From an uncultured Veillonellaceae bacterium (GTDB taxonomy: Bacteria; Bacillota; Negativicutes; JARBTT01), in contig CAWDTA010000004.1 of the NCBI GenBank assembly GCA_963805085.1, positions 192,001 to 256,000 on the forward strand: a stretch of 64,000 bases of DNA. The letters run 5' to 3'. Both the position numbers and the translations under genes were made by a program. Positions within the stretch are counted from its first letter, which is position 1. Each line of letters begins with the position of its first letter. Shown here piece by piece: positions 41,496 to 51,495 of the stretch. The notes below the pieces were generated by a model. That model did no database searches, had not been told where the DNA came from, and saw only the letters and a list, made by a program, of their open reading frames with translations.

Positions 41496-42041
41496 TTATT
41501 TTGTTTTAAAACTCATTAAACCTAGTTGATATGGGTTAATTCTATCTCTAAAAATGGCTTTATTTGCAGTTAACGCAACCACATATTTTTTGCCGTTTTT
41601 TCCTCTAATATAGGTTTTCGCCATATCTTCAGTTTGAGCAATTGTATAAACTGCTGGTTGTCCTTCTACTTTAACAATCGCTGCTATTCCATTTTCCGCT
41701 ACGATTGCTTTTAGCACTTGATCCACTTGTTCTTTAGTTAATTTAGTTAAATCCGGAATATTTTCATCTGTAAATGCATCGGTCATGATAATCCAACCGC
41801 AATTCACTTCCATGCCTTCATTTTCAAAAACTAGCATAACTCCTTTATTGCCACCTGGTTGTCTTGATAAATCAATCTCTCCAACTGGTTTTTCTGGGCA
41901 TTCAATGGAAAAGCCATAAGTATCACTTGTATACGTATAAGCTGCTGCTTCTGTAACATTTGGTACAACTATAAGTACGGCTGCCAATACCGTTGCCATA
42001 GCAATTTTACGCACTGCTTTGAAAAGATTTTTTTTCATCAT
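41496..42041 (-). CDS. Exported hypothetical protein
   Basis: Signal peptide ending TEA-A; YTSDTYGFSIECP; GGAGG RBS. Confidence 0.7.
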   Translation of the reverse strand: MMKKNLFKAVRKIAMATVLAAVLIVVPNVTEAAAYTYTSDTYGFSIECPEKPVGEIDLSRQPGGNKGVMLVFENEGMEVNCGWIIMTDAFTDENIPDLTKLTKEQVDQVLKAIVAENGIAAIVKVEGQPAVYTIAQTEDMAKTYIRGKNGKKYVVALTANKAIFRDRINPYQLGLMSFKTK

Positions 42042-42162
42042 TTTTATCCTCCAAAAATTCATTATCACATGTATCATTATATAATATTCAAATAGAAATA
42101 ACTAGTAAAAATGCCCTTGGCAAGAAGTAGCCAAGAGCATTTTTATCATAAATTATGTTATA

Positions 42163-45100
42163 TTACATTAATTCATTCACATTTTTCGGTTGTTTTTTTA
42201 TTTTTCTAGTACCAAATTTATCTGAAATTTTTTCTACTACCACAAACATAACTGGGATGAGGTAAATCCCCATAACGGTCGCTACAATCATACCACCAAC
42301 CACGGCAGTCCCCATTGCATTACGCGCACCAGCACCAGCACCAGTTGCCACTGCAAGTGGTAAACAACCGATAATAAACGCAAGTGATGTCATGATAATT
42401 GGGCGAAGACGAAGTTTTGCCGCTTCTACAGCTGCTTCTACTACTTCCATGCCTCTATCAACACGAACTTTTGCATACTCTACGATTAGAATTGCATTTT
42501 TCGCTGCCAAACCAATCAACATAACCAGACCGATTTGCATATATACACTATTAGCTAAATCACGTGCATACTCTGACAATAAAGCTCCAAAAACACCTGT
42601 TGGTATACAAAGCAGAACTGCGTAAGGCACTGTCCAACTTTCGTAAAGTGCTGCCAAACATAAGAATACAAATAAAATCGCTAAACCGAAAATAACCATC
42701 GTTCTACTACTAGCTTTTTGTTCTTCACGACTTTGCCCAGACCATTCATATTTAAAGCCCTCTGGCAATGATTCTTTAGCAACTTCTTGCATTGCGGCTA
42801 AAGCCTGCCCTGAACTATAACCATTCGCCGCCGAGCCATTAATTTGAATGCTACGTAAAGCATTGAAACGCGAAATATTTGCTGCAGCCGTTGTTGTTTT
42901 TGGTTTCAGCAAAGTATCAAGAGGGATTAACGCCCCAGTAGAAGATTTTACATATAGGAAACGTATCGTATCAGCTTCATTACGAAAACCACTATCCGCT
43001 TCCAATACTACTTTGTAAGTGCGCCCAAAACGATTAAAATCATTCACTTGCGAGCCACCAAAGTTTACTTGAAGCGCTGTAAATACATCGTCAAGCGCTA
43101 CACCGAGATTTTTAACTTTTTCACGGTCAACTTCAAATTCAACATTTGGTGAATTAATTGCAAATGTCGAATAGGCTTTTGAAATTTCTGGACGTTGATT
43201 CGCTGCAGCTACGAATTTTTTCGTAATTGTATCAAGTTCTTCATCCGTATGCCCCGACACATCTTGAAGCATCATTGTAAAACCACCGATCATACCAAGA
43301 CCAGGAAGCGATGGTGGATTGATTGGTATAATTGTAGCATTGGTAATCGCTGCTGTGTTTTTCATTATCATACCAATTTCTGCATTAATTTGCGTTTCTG
43401 GTGTAGTCCTTTCGCCCCAACTGTCAAGACTAATAAAAATAACCCCAGCATTCGATTTTGTTGCATTAGATAACAAATCTATACCACTAATTTCCATAGT
43501 ATTTTTTACACCAGGTTGTTGATGAATTGCATCAGCTACTTGTTTTATGGTTTCTTTTGTTCTATTTAAACTAGTACCTTCTGGTAAAGAAACCGCCGCA
43601 ATCAAGTAGCCTTGATCTTCATCAGGAACAAATGTTGATGGTACCAATTTGAATAAAGTAACAGTACCAATTACAATAAGCAATAAAAATAAACAAGCAT
43701 ATTTTGCATGGTGAATAATAGTTTTTACAATCTCACCATAAGTATTCGTATTTTTTTCAAACCATGCATTAAATTTATCAAAGAAACGTCCTAACCAGCC
43801 TTGATGTGCATTTGGAACATGCGGTTTTAAGATCATCGCACAAAGTGCCGGTGTTAAAGATAACGCCACAAACGCCGATAATGCCATCGATACAGCAATT
43901 GTTAACGCAAACTGTTTGTATAAAATCCCGGTCATGCCACCAAAGAATGCAACTGGAATAAATACACATGCAAGCACGAATGCAATTGCTACAACCGGAC
44001 CGGATACTTCATCCATCGCAAGTTTCGTTGCTTCTTTTGGATCAAGCCCTCTATAACGCATATTATGCTCTACTGCTTCAATAACAACAATCGCATCATC
44101 CACTACTAACCCGATTGCCAGAACCATCGCAAACAAAGTTAACGTATTAATGGAGAAGCCAAGTACTGAAAATGCGCCAAAAGTTGCAACCAACGATACT
44201 GGAATTGCCAGCATCGGAATCAACGTTGCCCGCCAACTTTGTAAGAATAAAAATACTACGAGTAATACGAGTAACAATGCCTCGGCAAACGTCTGTACTA
44301 CCTCAATGATAGATTCACGAACATATTCCGTATTATCTATAATTGGCTCTAGCTTCATATCTGGTGGAAAGCTTAATGAGGCTTCATCAAGTACTTTCTT
44401 AACTGCATTAACAGTTTGTAAAGCATTCGCATCATTTGTTAATTGAACACCAAAACCAACCGAATTCATACCATTTATTTTACTTCCAACCGTATTTGCT
44501 TTTGGTCCTGTTTCGACACGAGCAATATCTTTTAAGTAAATGAAGGAACCATTAGTTTTAGCACTAATGATAACATTTTCAAAGTCTTCAACTGTAGTAA
44601 GACGTCCTTTTACTTTACCAGTATATTGGAATTCTTGACCAGCAGGTGCTGGCATTTGACCAATCGTTCCAGCTGGCGCTTGAATATTTTGTTCTGTAAG
44701 TGCTGAAGATACATCGGCAACCGTTAAGCCAAGCTCTGCCATTTTATCTGGATTAATCCAGATGCGCATGGAAAAATCAGAACCATAGATATTGACATCC
44801 CCAACACCGTTAACACGTTTGATTGCATCAATGAGATAAACATCCGCATAATTTTTTAAGAATGTATTGTCATATGTCCCATTGGGAGAATATAACGCTA
44901 CCATGTACGCCATATCGGAAGAAGCTTTTTTAGTCGTAACACCAACTGATTGTACGGAAGATGGTAAGCTTGCATTCGCCTGTGCCACGTTGTTTTGCGT
45001 TTTAACAGCAGCCATATCACCATTTGTATCAGCATCGAATGTAACAGATAAGCTATATTTCCCACTATCATCACTGTTACTGCTCATATAATCCATACCC

Positions 45101-45318
45101 TGAACACCATTGACTTGTTGTTCAATAACTTGGGCTACTGTCTGGTTAACAACATCAGCACTCGCACCTGTATAAGAAGTACTAACGCTAACTGTTGCTG
45201 GCTGAATTTGCGGATATTGTGCAATTGGCAAGTTTACCGCGGAGATTGTACCTAAAAGCACCATCATTAACGATACTACAATCGCAAAGATCGGCCTTTC
45301 AATAAAAAATTTTGCCAC
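42163..45318 (-). CDS. RND efflux permease (HAE1, AcrB/BepE-like)
   Basis: FFIERPIFA, GLVVDDAIVV.E, GLAAKNAILIVE, RLRPIIMTSLAF. Confidence 0.95.
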   Translation of the reverse strand: MAKFFIERPIFAIVVSLMMVLLGTISAVNLPIAQYPQIQPATVSVSTSYTGASADVVNQTVAQVIEQQVNGVQGMDYMSSNSDDSGKYSLSVTFDADTNGDMAAVKTQNNVAQANASLPSSVQSVGVTTKKASSDMAYMVALYSPNGTYDNTFLKNYADVYLIDAIKRVNGVGDVNIYGSDFSMRIWINPDKMAELGLTVADVSSALTEQNIQAPAGTIGQMPAPAGQEFQYTGKVKGRLTTVEDFENVIISAKTNGSFIYLKDIARVETGPKANTVGSKINGMNSVGFGVQLTNDANALQTVNAVKKVLDEASLSFPPDMKLEPIIDNTEYVRESIIEVVQTFAEALLLVLLVVFLFLQSWRATLIPMLAIPVSLVATFGAFSVLGFSINTLTLFAMVLAIGLVVDDAIVVIEAVEHNMRYRGLDPKEATKLAMDEVSGPVVAIAFVLACVFIPVAFFGGMTGILYKQFALTIAVSMALSAFVALSLTPALCAMILKPHVPNAHQGWLGRFFDKFNAWFEKNTNTYGEIVKTIIHHAKYACLFLLLIVIGTVTLFKLVPSTFVPDEDQGYLIAAVSLPEGTSLNRTKETIKQVADAIHQQPGVKNTMEISGIDLLSNATKSNAGVIFISLDSWGERTTPETQINAEIGMIMKNTAAITNATIIPINPPSLPGLGMIGGFTMMLQDVSGHTDEELDTITKKFVAAANQRPEISKAYSTFAINSPNVEFEVDREKVKNLGVALDDVFTALQVNFGGSQVNDFNRFGRTYKVVLEADSGFRNEADTIRFLYVKSSTGALIPLDTLLKPKTTTAAANISRFNALRSIQINGSAANGYSSGQALAAMQEVAKESLPEGFKYEWSGQSREEQKASSRTMVIFGLAILFVFLCLAALYESWTVPYAVLLCIPTGVFGALLSEYARDLANSVYMQIGLVMLIGLAAKNAILIVEYAKVRVDRGMEVVEAAVEAAKLRLRPIIMTSLAFIIGCLPLAVATGAGAGARNAMGTAVVGGMIVATVMGIYLIPVMFVVVEKISDKFGTRKIKKQPKNVNELM

Positions 45319-45333
45319 TTAATTTACGCCCCC

Positions 45334-46506
45334 TTATGAGTTGAAGGACAATTGCAACTCTTCTGGAGTTACCTCTGTCACATCAAGGGCTATACCACTT
45401 TGAATCTTTGTTAACCCCTCAACAACAACCTTATCTGCTGCTGTTACACCAGATTTAACGATATAATAACTACCCACTTTTGAACCAAGTTTTACTTCAC
45501 GTGATTCAGCTTTATTATCTTCACCAACAACAATTACAAATGTTTTTTCCAACAATTGTTGAACTGCACGTTGCGGAATCAAAATCGCTCCCGGAACCGT
45601 TTCACCAGTAATTCTCACACGACCAAACATTCCTGGTATGAGAACACCATCGGGATTACCAAAGGAGGCTTTGAAACTTAATGTACCAGTTACTGTACCG
45701 CTACTATTAGAAAGTGATCTATCTTGCTGCTCAACTTTCCCCAGTACAGAATAGGATGAACCATTACTTAAAGTTAAAGCAACATTGTTCCCCCAGCCAT
45801 TGGCAATTCCGCCTTGATTACTTGCTGCTAATTCCAGATATTCATTTTCACTCATACTAAATTGAACAAACACCGGATCAGCCGAAGACACCGTTGCAAG
45901 AGTTGTAGAACCTGCTGTTACATAAGTACCAACACTAAGATCATTAACATCTAAACGACCATCAACTGGAGAAACAATAACAGTATCAGCTAAATCATCG
46001 GCGGCTTTTTTCACATTCGCACGATTATAGTCTACTGTTGCTGCATTTTCTCTTTCTGTAGCTTGTTGTGCAGTTAACGTTTGTACTGCAAGTGCGTCAT
46101 TGGCAACTAATTGCTCATAACGCTCTCTATCTAGCTGCGCATTGCTTAATGTCGCTTTTGATTGGGCTAAAGTTGCCTGTGCAGAATTTAACGCACTCTC
46201 ATATTGACGTTGATCAATTTTAAAAAGAGGCTGCCCTTTATGTACTACGTCACCACCATTGACTAATTTTTCTACGATATTCCCAGATACTCGTGTTTGA
46301 ATTTTCACTTCATTCTTCGCTTGTACTTGACCTGCGTATTCATAAGACATAGGAGTATCTCTTTGAATTACTGGCATCGCTTTTACTGCAACGGCTCCAC
46401 CGCCCTGCATTGCTTGTTGCTTATTCCCACATCCAACTGTCGTTGCTAACATGCTTATAGCAATCAAGCTAAAGCAACAAGCTTTCATTTTTTTTGCTGA
46501 AAACAC
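45334..46506 (-). CDS. RND periplasmic adaptor (AcrA-like lipoprotein)
   Basis: Lipobox TVGC, hairpin/lipoyl segments, L.PGMF, IPQRAV. Confidence 0.92.
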   Translation of the reverse strand: MFSAKKMKACCFSLIAISMLATTVGCGNKQQAMQGGGAVAVKAMPVIQRDTPMSYEYAGQVQAKNEVKIQTRVSGNIVEKLVNGGDVVHKGQPLFKIDQRQYESALNSAQATLAQSKATLSNAQLDRERYEQLVANDALAVQTLTAQQATERENAATVDYNRANVKKAADDLADTVIVSPVDGRLDVNDLSVGTYVTAGSTTLATVSSADPVFVQFSMSENEYLELAASNQGGIANGWGNNVALTLSNGSSYSVLGKVEQQDRSLSNSSGTVTGTLSFKASFGNPDGVLIPGMFGRVRITGETVPGAILIPQRAVQQLLEKTFVIVVGEDNKAESREVKLGSKVGSYYIVKSGVTAADKVVVEGLTKIQSGIALDVTEVTPEELQLSFNS

Positions 46507-46612
46507 TATTTTCTATTCCTCCTTCATATTTAAAACCCATAAAATCACATACCTCGCTCAAAATATTAAGCAAGACATGTGATTTCTCACAAGTTTTAAT
46601 TAACTCATTTTT

Positions 46613-46636
46613 AATAGTAAATAGTTATTTACTATT
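46613..46636. promoter_or_regulatory. Putative MarR operator between the divergent RND operon and marR
   Basis: Perfect 11-2-11 inverted repeat AATAGTAAATA-GT-TATTTACTATT. Confidence 0.6.
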
Positions 46637-46715
46637 CATGAATATTATAGTATATTATTGTTATATGTTTGTCAATCTATTTTTACCGAAGAAAGGAGAA
46701 TCCATTTTAATCATT

Positions 46716-47147
46716 ATGGATAAGATTATAAGAAGATCTCTAGCAAAAGGTATCGCTGAAAGCTTTACCGTCTTCCATCAGAAGTTTGTCCGGGAACTGC
46801 CTTTTACTGTTCCCGCCAATCATTGCCTTACCTTGGTGATTCTACATGACCATGGAACACAAACTATTTCTGAACTATCAGAAAGATTACTAATTTCAAA
46901 ACAACAAATGTCTCCTATCATTGATAAGTTATGTAAAACAGGCCTTGTCAAACGTGAACAAGATCCTAAGGATAGACGAAATAGTAATATTACCATTTTG
47001 CCAGCTGGCTATGCTATTTTAGAAAAGCATCATCAAACCATGATTGATATATTAGATAGAAAATTAGAATCTCTTGAAGATATTGATATAATAGAATTTC
47101 AAAAAGCGTTAAAAGTTTGTTTTGGAATTTTCCACAAAATTTCCTAA
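46716..47147 (+). CDS. MarR family regulator
   Basis: TISELSERLLISKQQMSPIIDKL..GLVKR..DPKDRR; start corrected to the ATG after AAGGAG. Confidence 0.88.
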   Translation: MDKIIRRSLAKGIAESFTVFHQKFVRELPFTVPANHCLTLVILHDHGTQTISELSERLLISKQQMSPIIDKLCKTGLVKREQDPKDRRNSNITILPAGYAILEKHHQTMIDILDRKLESLEDIDIIEFQKALKVCFGIFHKIS

Positions 47148-47242
47148 AGAAAAATCATTTTGTTAATTTTTCTTTCCTTAATTAATGGAATAAATCAACT
47201 ACATATAAATCACACACATTTGTATTACCGCCACAAACATTA

Positions 47243-47349
47243 TTGACATATGAAATGTAATGGTGTAGACTACTTTTTAAGTCATTTATTCGACTTTTAT
47301 GTGTGCCTATCAGCCAAGATAACCACTTGTTATCTTGGCTGTCATTTTT
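47243..47349 (+). promoter_or_regulatory. SigA promoter plus structured leader with a terminator-like hairpin
   Basis: TTGACA-17-TAGACT (47243-47271); hairpin CAGCCAAGATAAC-CACTT-GTTATCTTGGCTG followed by TCATTTTT before the RBS. Confidence 0.55.
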
Positions 47350-47381
47350 CATTATTAGAATACATAGGAGGTTTTTCTATT

Positions 47382-48341
47382 ATGAGTAAAAACAGATTGG
47401 TTATTGTTGGCGTAGGTAATGTTGGTTCTGCGGTATTAAATCGTGCGATTGCCTTTGAATTGGTTTCTGAAATCGTACTGATTGATAGTAATGAAAAAAA
47501 AGCAATTGGTGAAGCATTAGATGCAGAGCATTCCACCCCATGTAATTACAGTGCAAATATTCGTGTGCGTGCTGGTAGTTATGAAGATTGTAAAGATGCA
47601 CGTCTGATCATCATCGCAGCGGGTACAGGTACAATTAACGGTAAATTAATTCAAGATAGATTATTACTGGCTGAATATAGCCTTGGTATTATCAAGGAAG
47701 TTATGAAAGGGATCACAAGCTATACAAGAGATGTTCCTATTATTATGATTACGAACCCACTTGATGTCACGACTTACTTAGCTGCTAATTTCTTTGACTA
47801 TCCTAAATATAAATTATTTGGCACAGGTACGACACTTGAAACACATCGTTTCAAGAGAATCGTTGCCAACCATTACAATGTCGATGCTAAAGATGTGCAA
47901 GGTTATATGCTAGGTGAACACGGTAACTCCGCTTTCCCTGCTTGGAGTACATTATCCATCGGTGGCATGCGTGCTGATCGCTTAGATGAATACTTTAGCC
48001 CAAGCAATCCACTTGATCGCAGCTTTGTTGAAGAAGAAGTTGTCAAAACAGCATTTGATGTATTACATTTTAAAGGATACACCAACTATGGCATCGCAAT
48101 GGGTGCGTGTCGTCTTGCCAAAGCAGTGTTATGGAATGAACGCAGTGTATTACCAGTTTCCACTACACTCAAAGGCGCTTATGGCTTAAGCGATGTTTCC
48201 CTTAGTCTACCTGCCATCATCACCGAAGAAGGTGTCGAAAGAGTACTGCAAATTCCACTTTCTGATCAAGAGTTAGAAAAATTACAGTTTAGTGCAAACA
48301 GTATTAAAGCAGTGTTAACATCTAATAATCTAATTAAATAG
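47382..48341 (+). CDS. L-lactate/2-hydroxyacid dehydrogenase family protein (atypical substrate loop)
   Basis: GVGNVG, ITNPLD, GTTLETHRF, GEHGNS, KGYTNYG; ATG at 47382 follows AGGAGG. Confidence 0.85.
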   Translation: MSKNRLVIVGVGNVGSAVLNRAIAFELVSEIVLIDSNEKKAIGEALDAEHSTPCNYSANIRVRAGSYEDCKDARLIIIAAGTGTINGKLIQDRLLLAEYSLGIIKEVMKGITSYTRDVPIIMITNPLDVTTYLAANFFDYPKYKLFGTGTTLETHRFKRIVANHYNVDAKDVQGYMLGEHGNSAFPAWSTLSIGGMRADRLDEYFSPSNPLDRSFVEEEVVKTAFDVLHFKGYTNYGIAMGACRLAKAVLWNERSVLPVSTTLKGAYGLSDVSLSLPAIITEEGVERVLQIPLSDQELEKLQFSANSIKAVLTSNNLIK

Positions 48342-48356
48342 TAAAGGTTGATTCAG

Positions 48357-49529
48357 ATGAGAAATTTTACTTCCTTAAAAGCAGCGCAATTTACCGAATC
48401 GGTTATTCGTGAAATGTCACGCGTCGCAAATGCAAACAAAGCAGTTAACTTAGCACAAGGGTTTCCTGATTTTCCCGCACCAGATGCGCTAAAAATTGCT
48501 GCTGCTAAAGCAATTTTTAATGACCACAACCAATATGCCATCACTTGGGGTACTAAGGAACTTCGTGATGCTCTCGTTGGCAAAATTGAACGCGACTACA
48601 ATACAACCCTTGACCCCGAAAAACAAATCACGGTTTGCTGCGGAGCGACGGAAGGTATGATTGCCACATTACTTGCGACCATTAATCCTGGCGATGAAGT
48701 AATCATCTTTGAACCATTCTATGAAAATTATGGCGCCGATGTCATCCTTTGCGGAGCAACTCCTCGTTACATAACGTTAGAAGCACCAAATTATGTACTT
48801 GATAAAGAAAAACTAGCAAGTCTTTTCAATGAAAAAACTCGGGCAATTATTTTAAATACACCTAACAATCCAACTGGTAAAGTATTTACCTTAGGAGAAA
48901 CACAATTTATCGCTGATCTTTGCCAACAATACGATGCTTTAGCCATCAGCGATGAAATTTACGAACATATTGTATTCGATGGTACGAAACATATTCCGAT
49001 TTGGACGCTACCAAATATGTTTGAACGATCGATTGCCGTCAATAGTGTTTCTAAAACGTATAGTGTAACTGGTTGGCGGATTGGCTTTGTTACAGCTTCA
49101 CCTGAACTTACAGCATCTATCCGCAAGGTACATGATTTCCTAACGGTCGGGGCAGCAGCTCCGCTTCAAATGGCAATTGCCGAAGCTTTTAATTTCGGTC
49201 AAGATTATTATGATCAGCTCAGTGCCTTTTACTTAGAGCGCCGCGACTTTATGCTTAAGGTGTTAAATGATGTTGGCTTTCAATGTATTGTTCCCCATGG
49301 CGCTTATTACATCATGGCCGATATCACGAACTTTGGCTACGAAGATGATGTTGACTTTGCTTTTTACCTAGCTGAAAAAATTGGCGTAGCGGTAGTTCCC
49401 GGCTCGACTTTTTATCGCGCTAATATGCCTGACGGCAAAAAATATGTCCGCTTCTGCTTTTGTAAAGAATATACAACACTCCAAGCAGCTGCTGGTCGTT
49501 TAGCTAAATTAAAAGGTTATAAAAAATAA
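48357..49529 (+). CDS. PLP-dependent class I aminotransferase (YbdL/kynurenine aminotransferase-like)
   Basis: NLAQGFPDF, NTPNNPTGK, DEIYEH, SVSKTYSVTGWRIG. Confidence 0.88.
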   Translation: MRNFTSLKAAQFTESVIREMSRVANANKAVNLAQGFPDFPAPDALKIAAAKAIFNDHNQYAITWGTKELRDALVGKIERDYNTTLDPEKQITVCCGATEGMIATLLATINPGDEVIIFEPFYENYGADVILCGATPRYITLEAPNYVLDKEKLASLFNEKTRAIILNTPNNPTGKVFTLGETQFIADLCQQYDALAISDEIYEHIVFDGTKHIPIWTLPNMFERSIAVNSVSKTYSVTGWRIGFVTASPELTASIRKVHDFLTVGAAAPLQMAIAEAFNFGQDYYDQLSAFYLERRDFMLKVLNDVGFQCIVPHGAYYIMADITNFGYEDDVDFAFYLAEKIGVAVVPGSTFYRANMPDGKKYVRFCFCKEYTTLQAAAGRLAKLKGYKK

Positions 49530-49577
49530 AGACAAATGCCTAGCGAGTTTTATCTCTGCTAAGCATTTGTTTTCTTT

Positions 49578-49940
49578 TTATATGCCATCACCGTACAGCC
49601 CTTGTAAATCTTCAAAACGATGTTTTTCTAACTTTTCAATTTGTGCCACTTTATAATCCTTAATATTGATACTGATTTGCCCAAACTTAATATCTTTTAA
49701 ATAGCAATTTAACTTCTTACGTAAATTTTCATGAATCTGCTTGTTTGATAAAGTTCTTTTTTCTTTCTTTTTGCTGATGCTGGCAGCATCCAAACGAAAT
49801 TTTTCTGTTTTTTCAAATTGAATAAGACGTCCATCTTGAACTGTCAAAATTACCGTACCATAGCCTGTATCTATCACTTCATCTTCAATCAAAGTCCAAG
49901 CTTCTCCCGATATGATCAATGCAATCTCACCACCAAACAC
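49578..49940 (-). CDS. Tandem YezD/DUF2292 (OscA-like) domain protein with C-terminal YGDGI
   Basis: Two copies of the [YF]G.[VI].[LI].[VI].D.+[LV].Q.EK.EK.R[LF] pattern; own promoter TTGAAA-17-TAGTAT (50000-50028); the true start may be TTG at 49919. Confidence 0.75.
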   Translation of the reverse strand: MFGGEIALIISGEAWTLIEDEVIDTGYGTVILTVQDGRLIQFEKTEKFRLDAASISKKKEKRTLSNKQIHENLRKKLNCYLKDIKFGQISINIKDYKVAQIEKLEKHRFEDLQGLYGDGI

Positions 49941-50046
49941 TTCGTTTTTAAATTACATAGAAAGTTCCCGTAAAATGTTCCTTTTTTACATTTATAGGTA
50001 TACTATCATATAAAGCCATTTTTTTCAATTGGATCTATCAATGATT

Positions 50047-50910
50047 CTATAATGCGGTTTTTAACTTTTCGGTAAACTCCGCCCAACCAATACGCTCAAG
50101 CATCGTATAGAAACGTTCTTTCTTTTTGCCATTGGCTGCAAAATAGTCAAGTGTGATATCGATTACTTTATAAACCTCTTCAACACTAAATACTATTGGT
50201 ATAATTTTCTTACCAATAGCGATGGTATTGCCAAATAAACCGCCAAAATAAATTACAAATCCTTCTCGCCCTGTCCAGGACTTTCTCGGACAAATCTTAA
50301 CGCATTTGCCGCATTGTACACATTTATTTTCATTATAGTTTAATGTTTTTTTATTTTTATTTACGCGAATTGCTTTTCCTGGGCAGACTTTTACACAAGC
50401 GCTACAATAAACACAGTCGTCTTCCGACCACGCTGGCTGTAATCCACCTTTAATACCAATATCATTGATATCAGCTTTCAGGCAATTATTTCTACAGCCA
50501 GTAACACCAATTTTGATCTTATGTGGCAACTCACGACCATAACAACGTTTGTCAATTTCATCGGCAAGTGCTATCGTGTCAACATGCCCATGCTGACAAA
50601 CAGCATTTCCTTGACAGGCCGTTACCGTTCTAACTCTTGACCCACATACGCCAATTTGAACTTCACCATCTGCTAGTGCAGCTTTAAAAGCTTCGATATC
50701 TTCCAATTTGATATAGGGTATTTCCACGCTTTGTCTGGAAGTAATATGCACATAACCTTTGCCATATTTTTCAGCCGCTTCACTGATGGTCTGCAACTGC
50801 TTAGCAGTAATTTGTCCGCCGATCACCCTCAATCTTACCGAAAAATGATCTGCCTGATTTTGTAACATAAATCCATTGCTTTTTAAATTTTTATAATCAA
50901 CTTGTACCAT
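50047..50910 (-). CDS. Siroheme sulfite/nitrite reductase-like protein with a 2x[4Fe-4S] ferredoxin insert (AsrC/Dsr-like)
   Basis: VHITSRQSVE, ACQGNAVC, KIKIGVTGCRNNC, two CxxCxxCxxxCP motifs, KKERF..MLERIG. Confidence 0.85.
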   Translation of the reverse strand: MVQVDYKNLKSNGFMLQNQADHFSVRLRVIGGQITAKQLQTISEAAEKYGKGYVHITSRQSVEIPYIKLEDIEAFKAALADGEVQIGVCGSRVRTVTACQGNAVCQHGHVDTIALADEIDKRCYGRELPHKIKIGVTGCRNNCLKADINDIGIKGGLQPAWSEDDCVYCSACVKVCPGKAIRVNKNKKTLNYNENKCVQCGKCVKICPRKSWTGREGFVIYFGGLFGNTIAIGKKIIPIVFSVEEVYKVIDITLDYFAANGKKKERFYTMLERIGWAEFTEKLKTAL

Positions 50911-50952
50911 AAAAATTCTCCTTTATCTTATATTTTCAAAAACGCCAACACC

Positions 50953-51012
50953 AAAAAGGCAAAAGAGACAGAATTACACCTGTTATCTTTTGCCTTCAGT
51001 TATCTGATCAGC
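50953..51012 (-). promoter_or_regulatory. Leader element 1: 21-nt hairpin overlapping an intrinsic terminator
   Basis: GCTGATCAGATAACTGAAGGC, then AAAAGA..TCTTTTGCCTTTTT; promoter TTGACA-17-TAAATT at 51039-51067. Confidence 0.7.
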
Positions 51013-51246
51013 TAAATATTGAATTTACTATTTCATCTAATTTACTAGTTTTTTATTGATTTGTCAATATAAAGATTACATTTCACCTTACTTCTTTATG
51101 AAAAATTCTATTCTATATTGTTTTGACTATATAGTAAAATACATTTGTAGTTAATCCAACAACACTTGCGGTTATATTAAAAGGCAATTGTACAAGCTCG
51201 GTGCTTTCATTAATATTGCTGACAATCATCCAATTTTAGAAATAAC

Positions 51247-51305
51247 AAAAGGCAAAAAATATAAGGTCATTTCTTATATCTTCTGCCTTCAGCTTTCCGA
51301 TCAGC
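51247..51305 (-). promoter_or_regulatory. Leader element 2: 21-nt hairpin overlapping an intrinsic terminator
   Basis: GCTGATCGGAAAGCTGAAGGC, then AGAAGATATAAG..CTTATATTTTTTGCCTTTTG. Confidence 0.7.
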
Positions 51306-51395
51306 TAAATATTAAATTGGTTATCTTAAATTACGTTAAATATAATTCCGTTCATGAGAGCTAACTATCATTTAGTGATTTCGTTAAAGCAAATT

Positions 51396-51473
51396 TTATT
51401 TAGGTGCAATAGCAGTCACAAAAGTAAGCACCAATAATATTGCCATAATTCCATAATTTGTCTTTTGATTCAT
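51396..51473 (-). pseudogene. 25-aa signal-peptide-like ORF, probably the remnant of a deleted exported protein gene
   Basis: AAGGAGG RBS then MNQKTNYGIMAILLVLTFVTAIAPK*, directly after leader element 3. Confidence 0.45.
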
Positions 51474-51495
51474 AAGAAATACCCTCCTTGATAAT

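Noticed and set aside
46494-46715. N-terminal extension of the MarR ORF (and similarly 47250-47381 of the LDH-like ORF)
   Set aside because: The extensions run through promoter, operator or leader DNA; strong RBSs support starts at 46716 and 47382.
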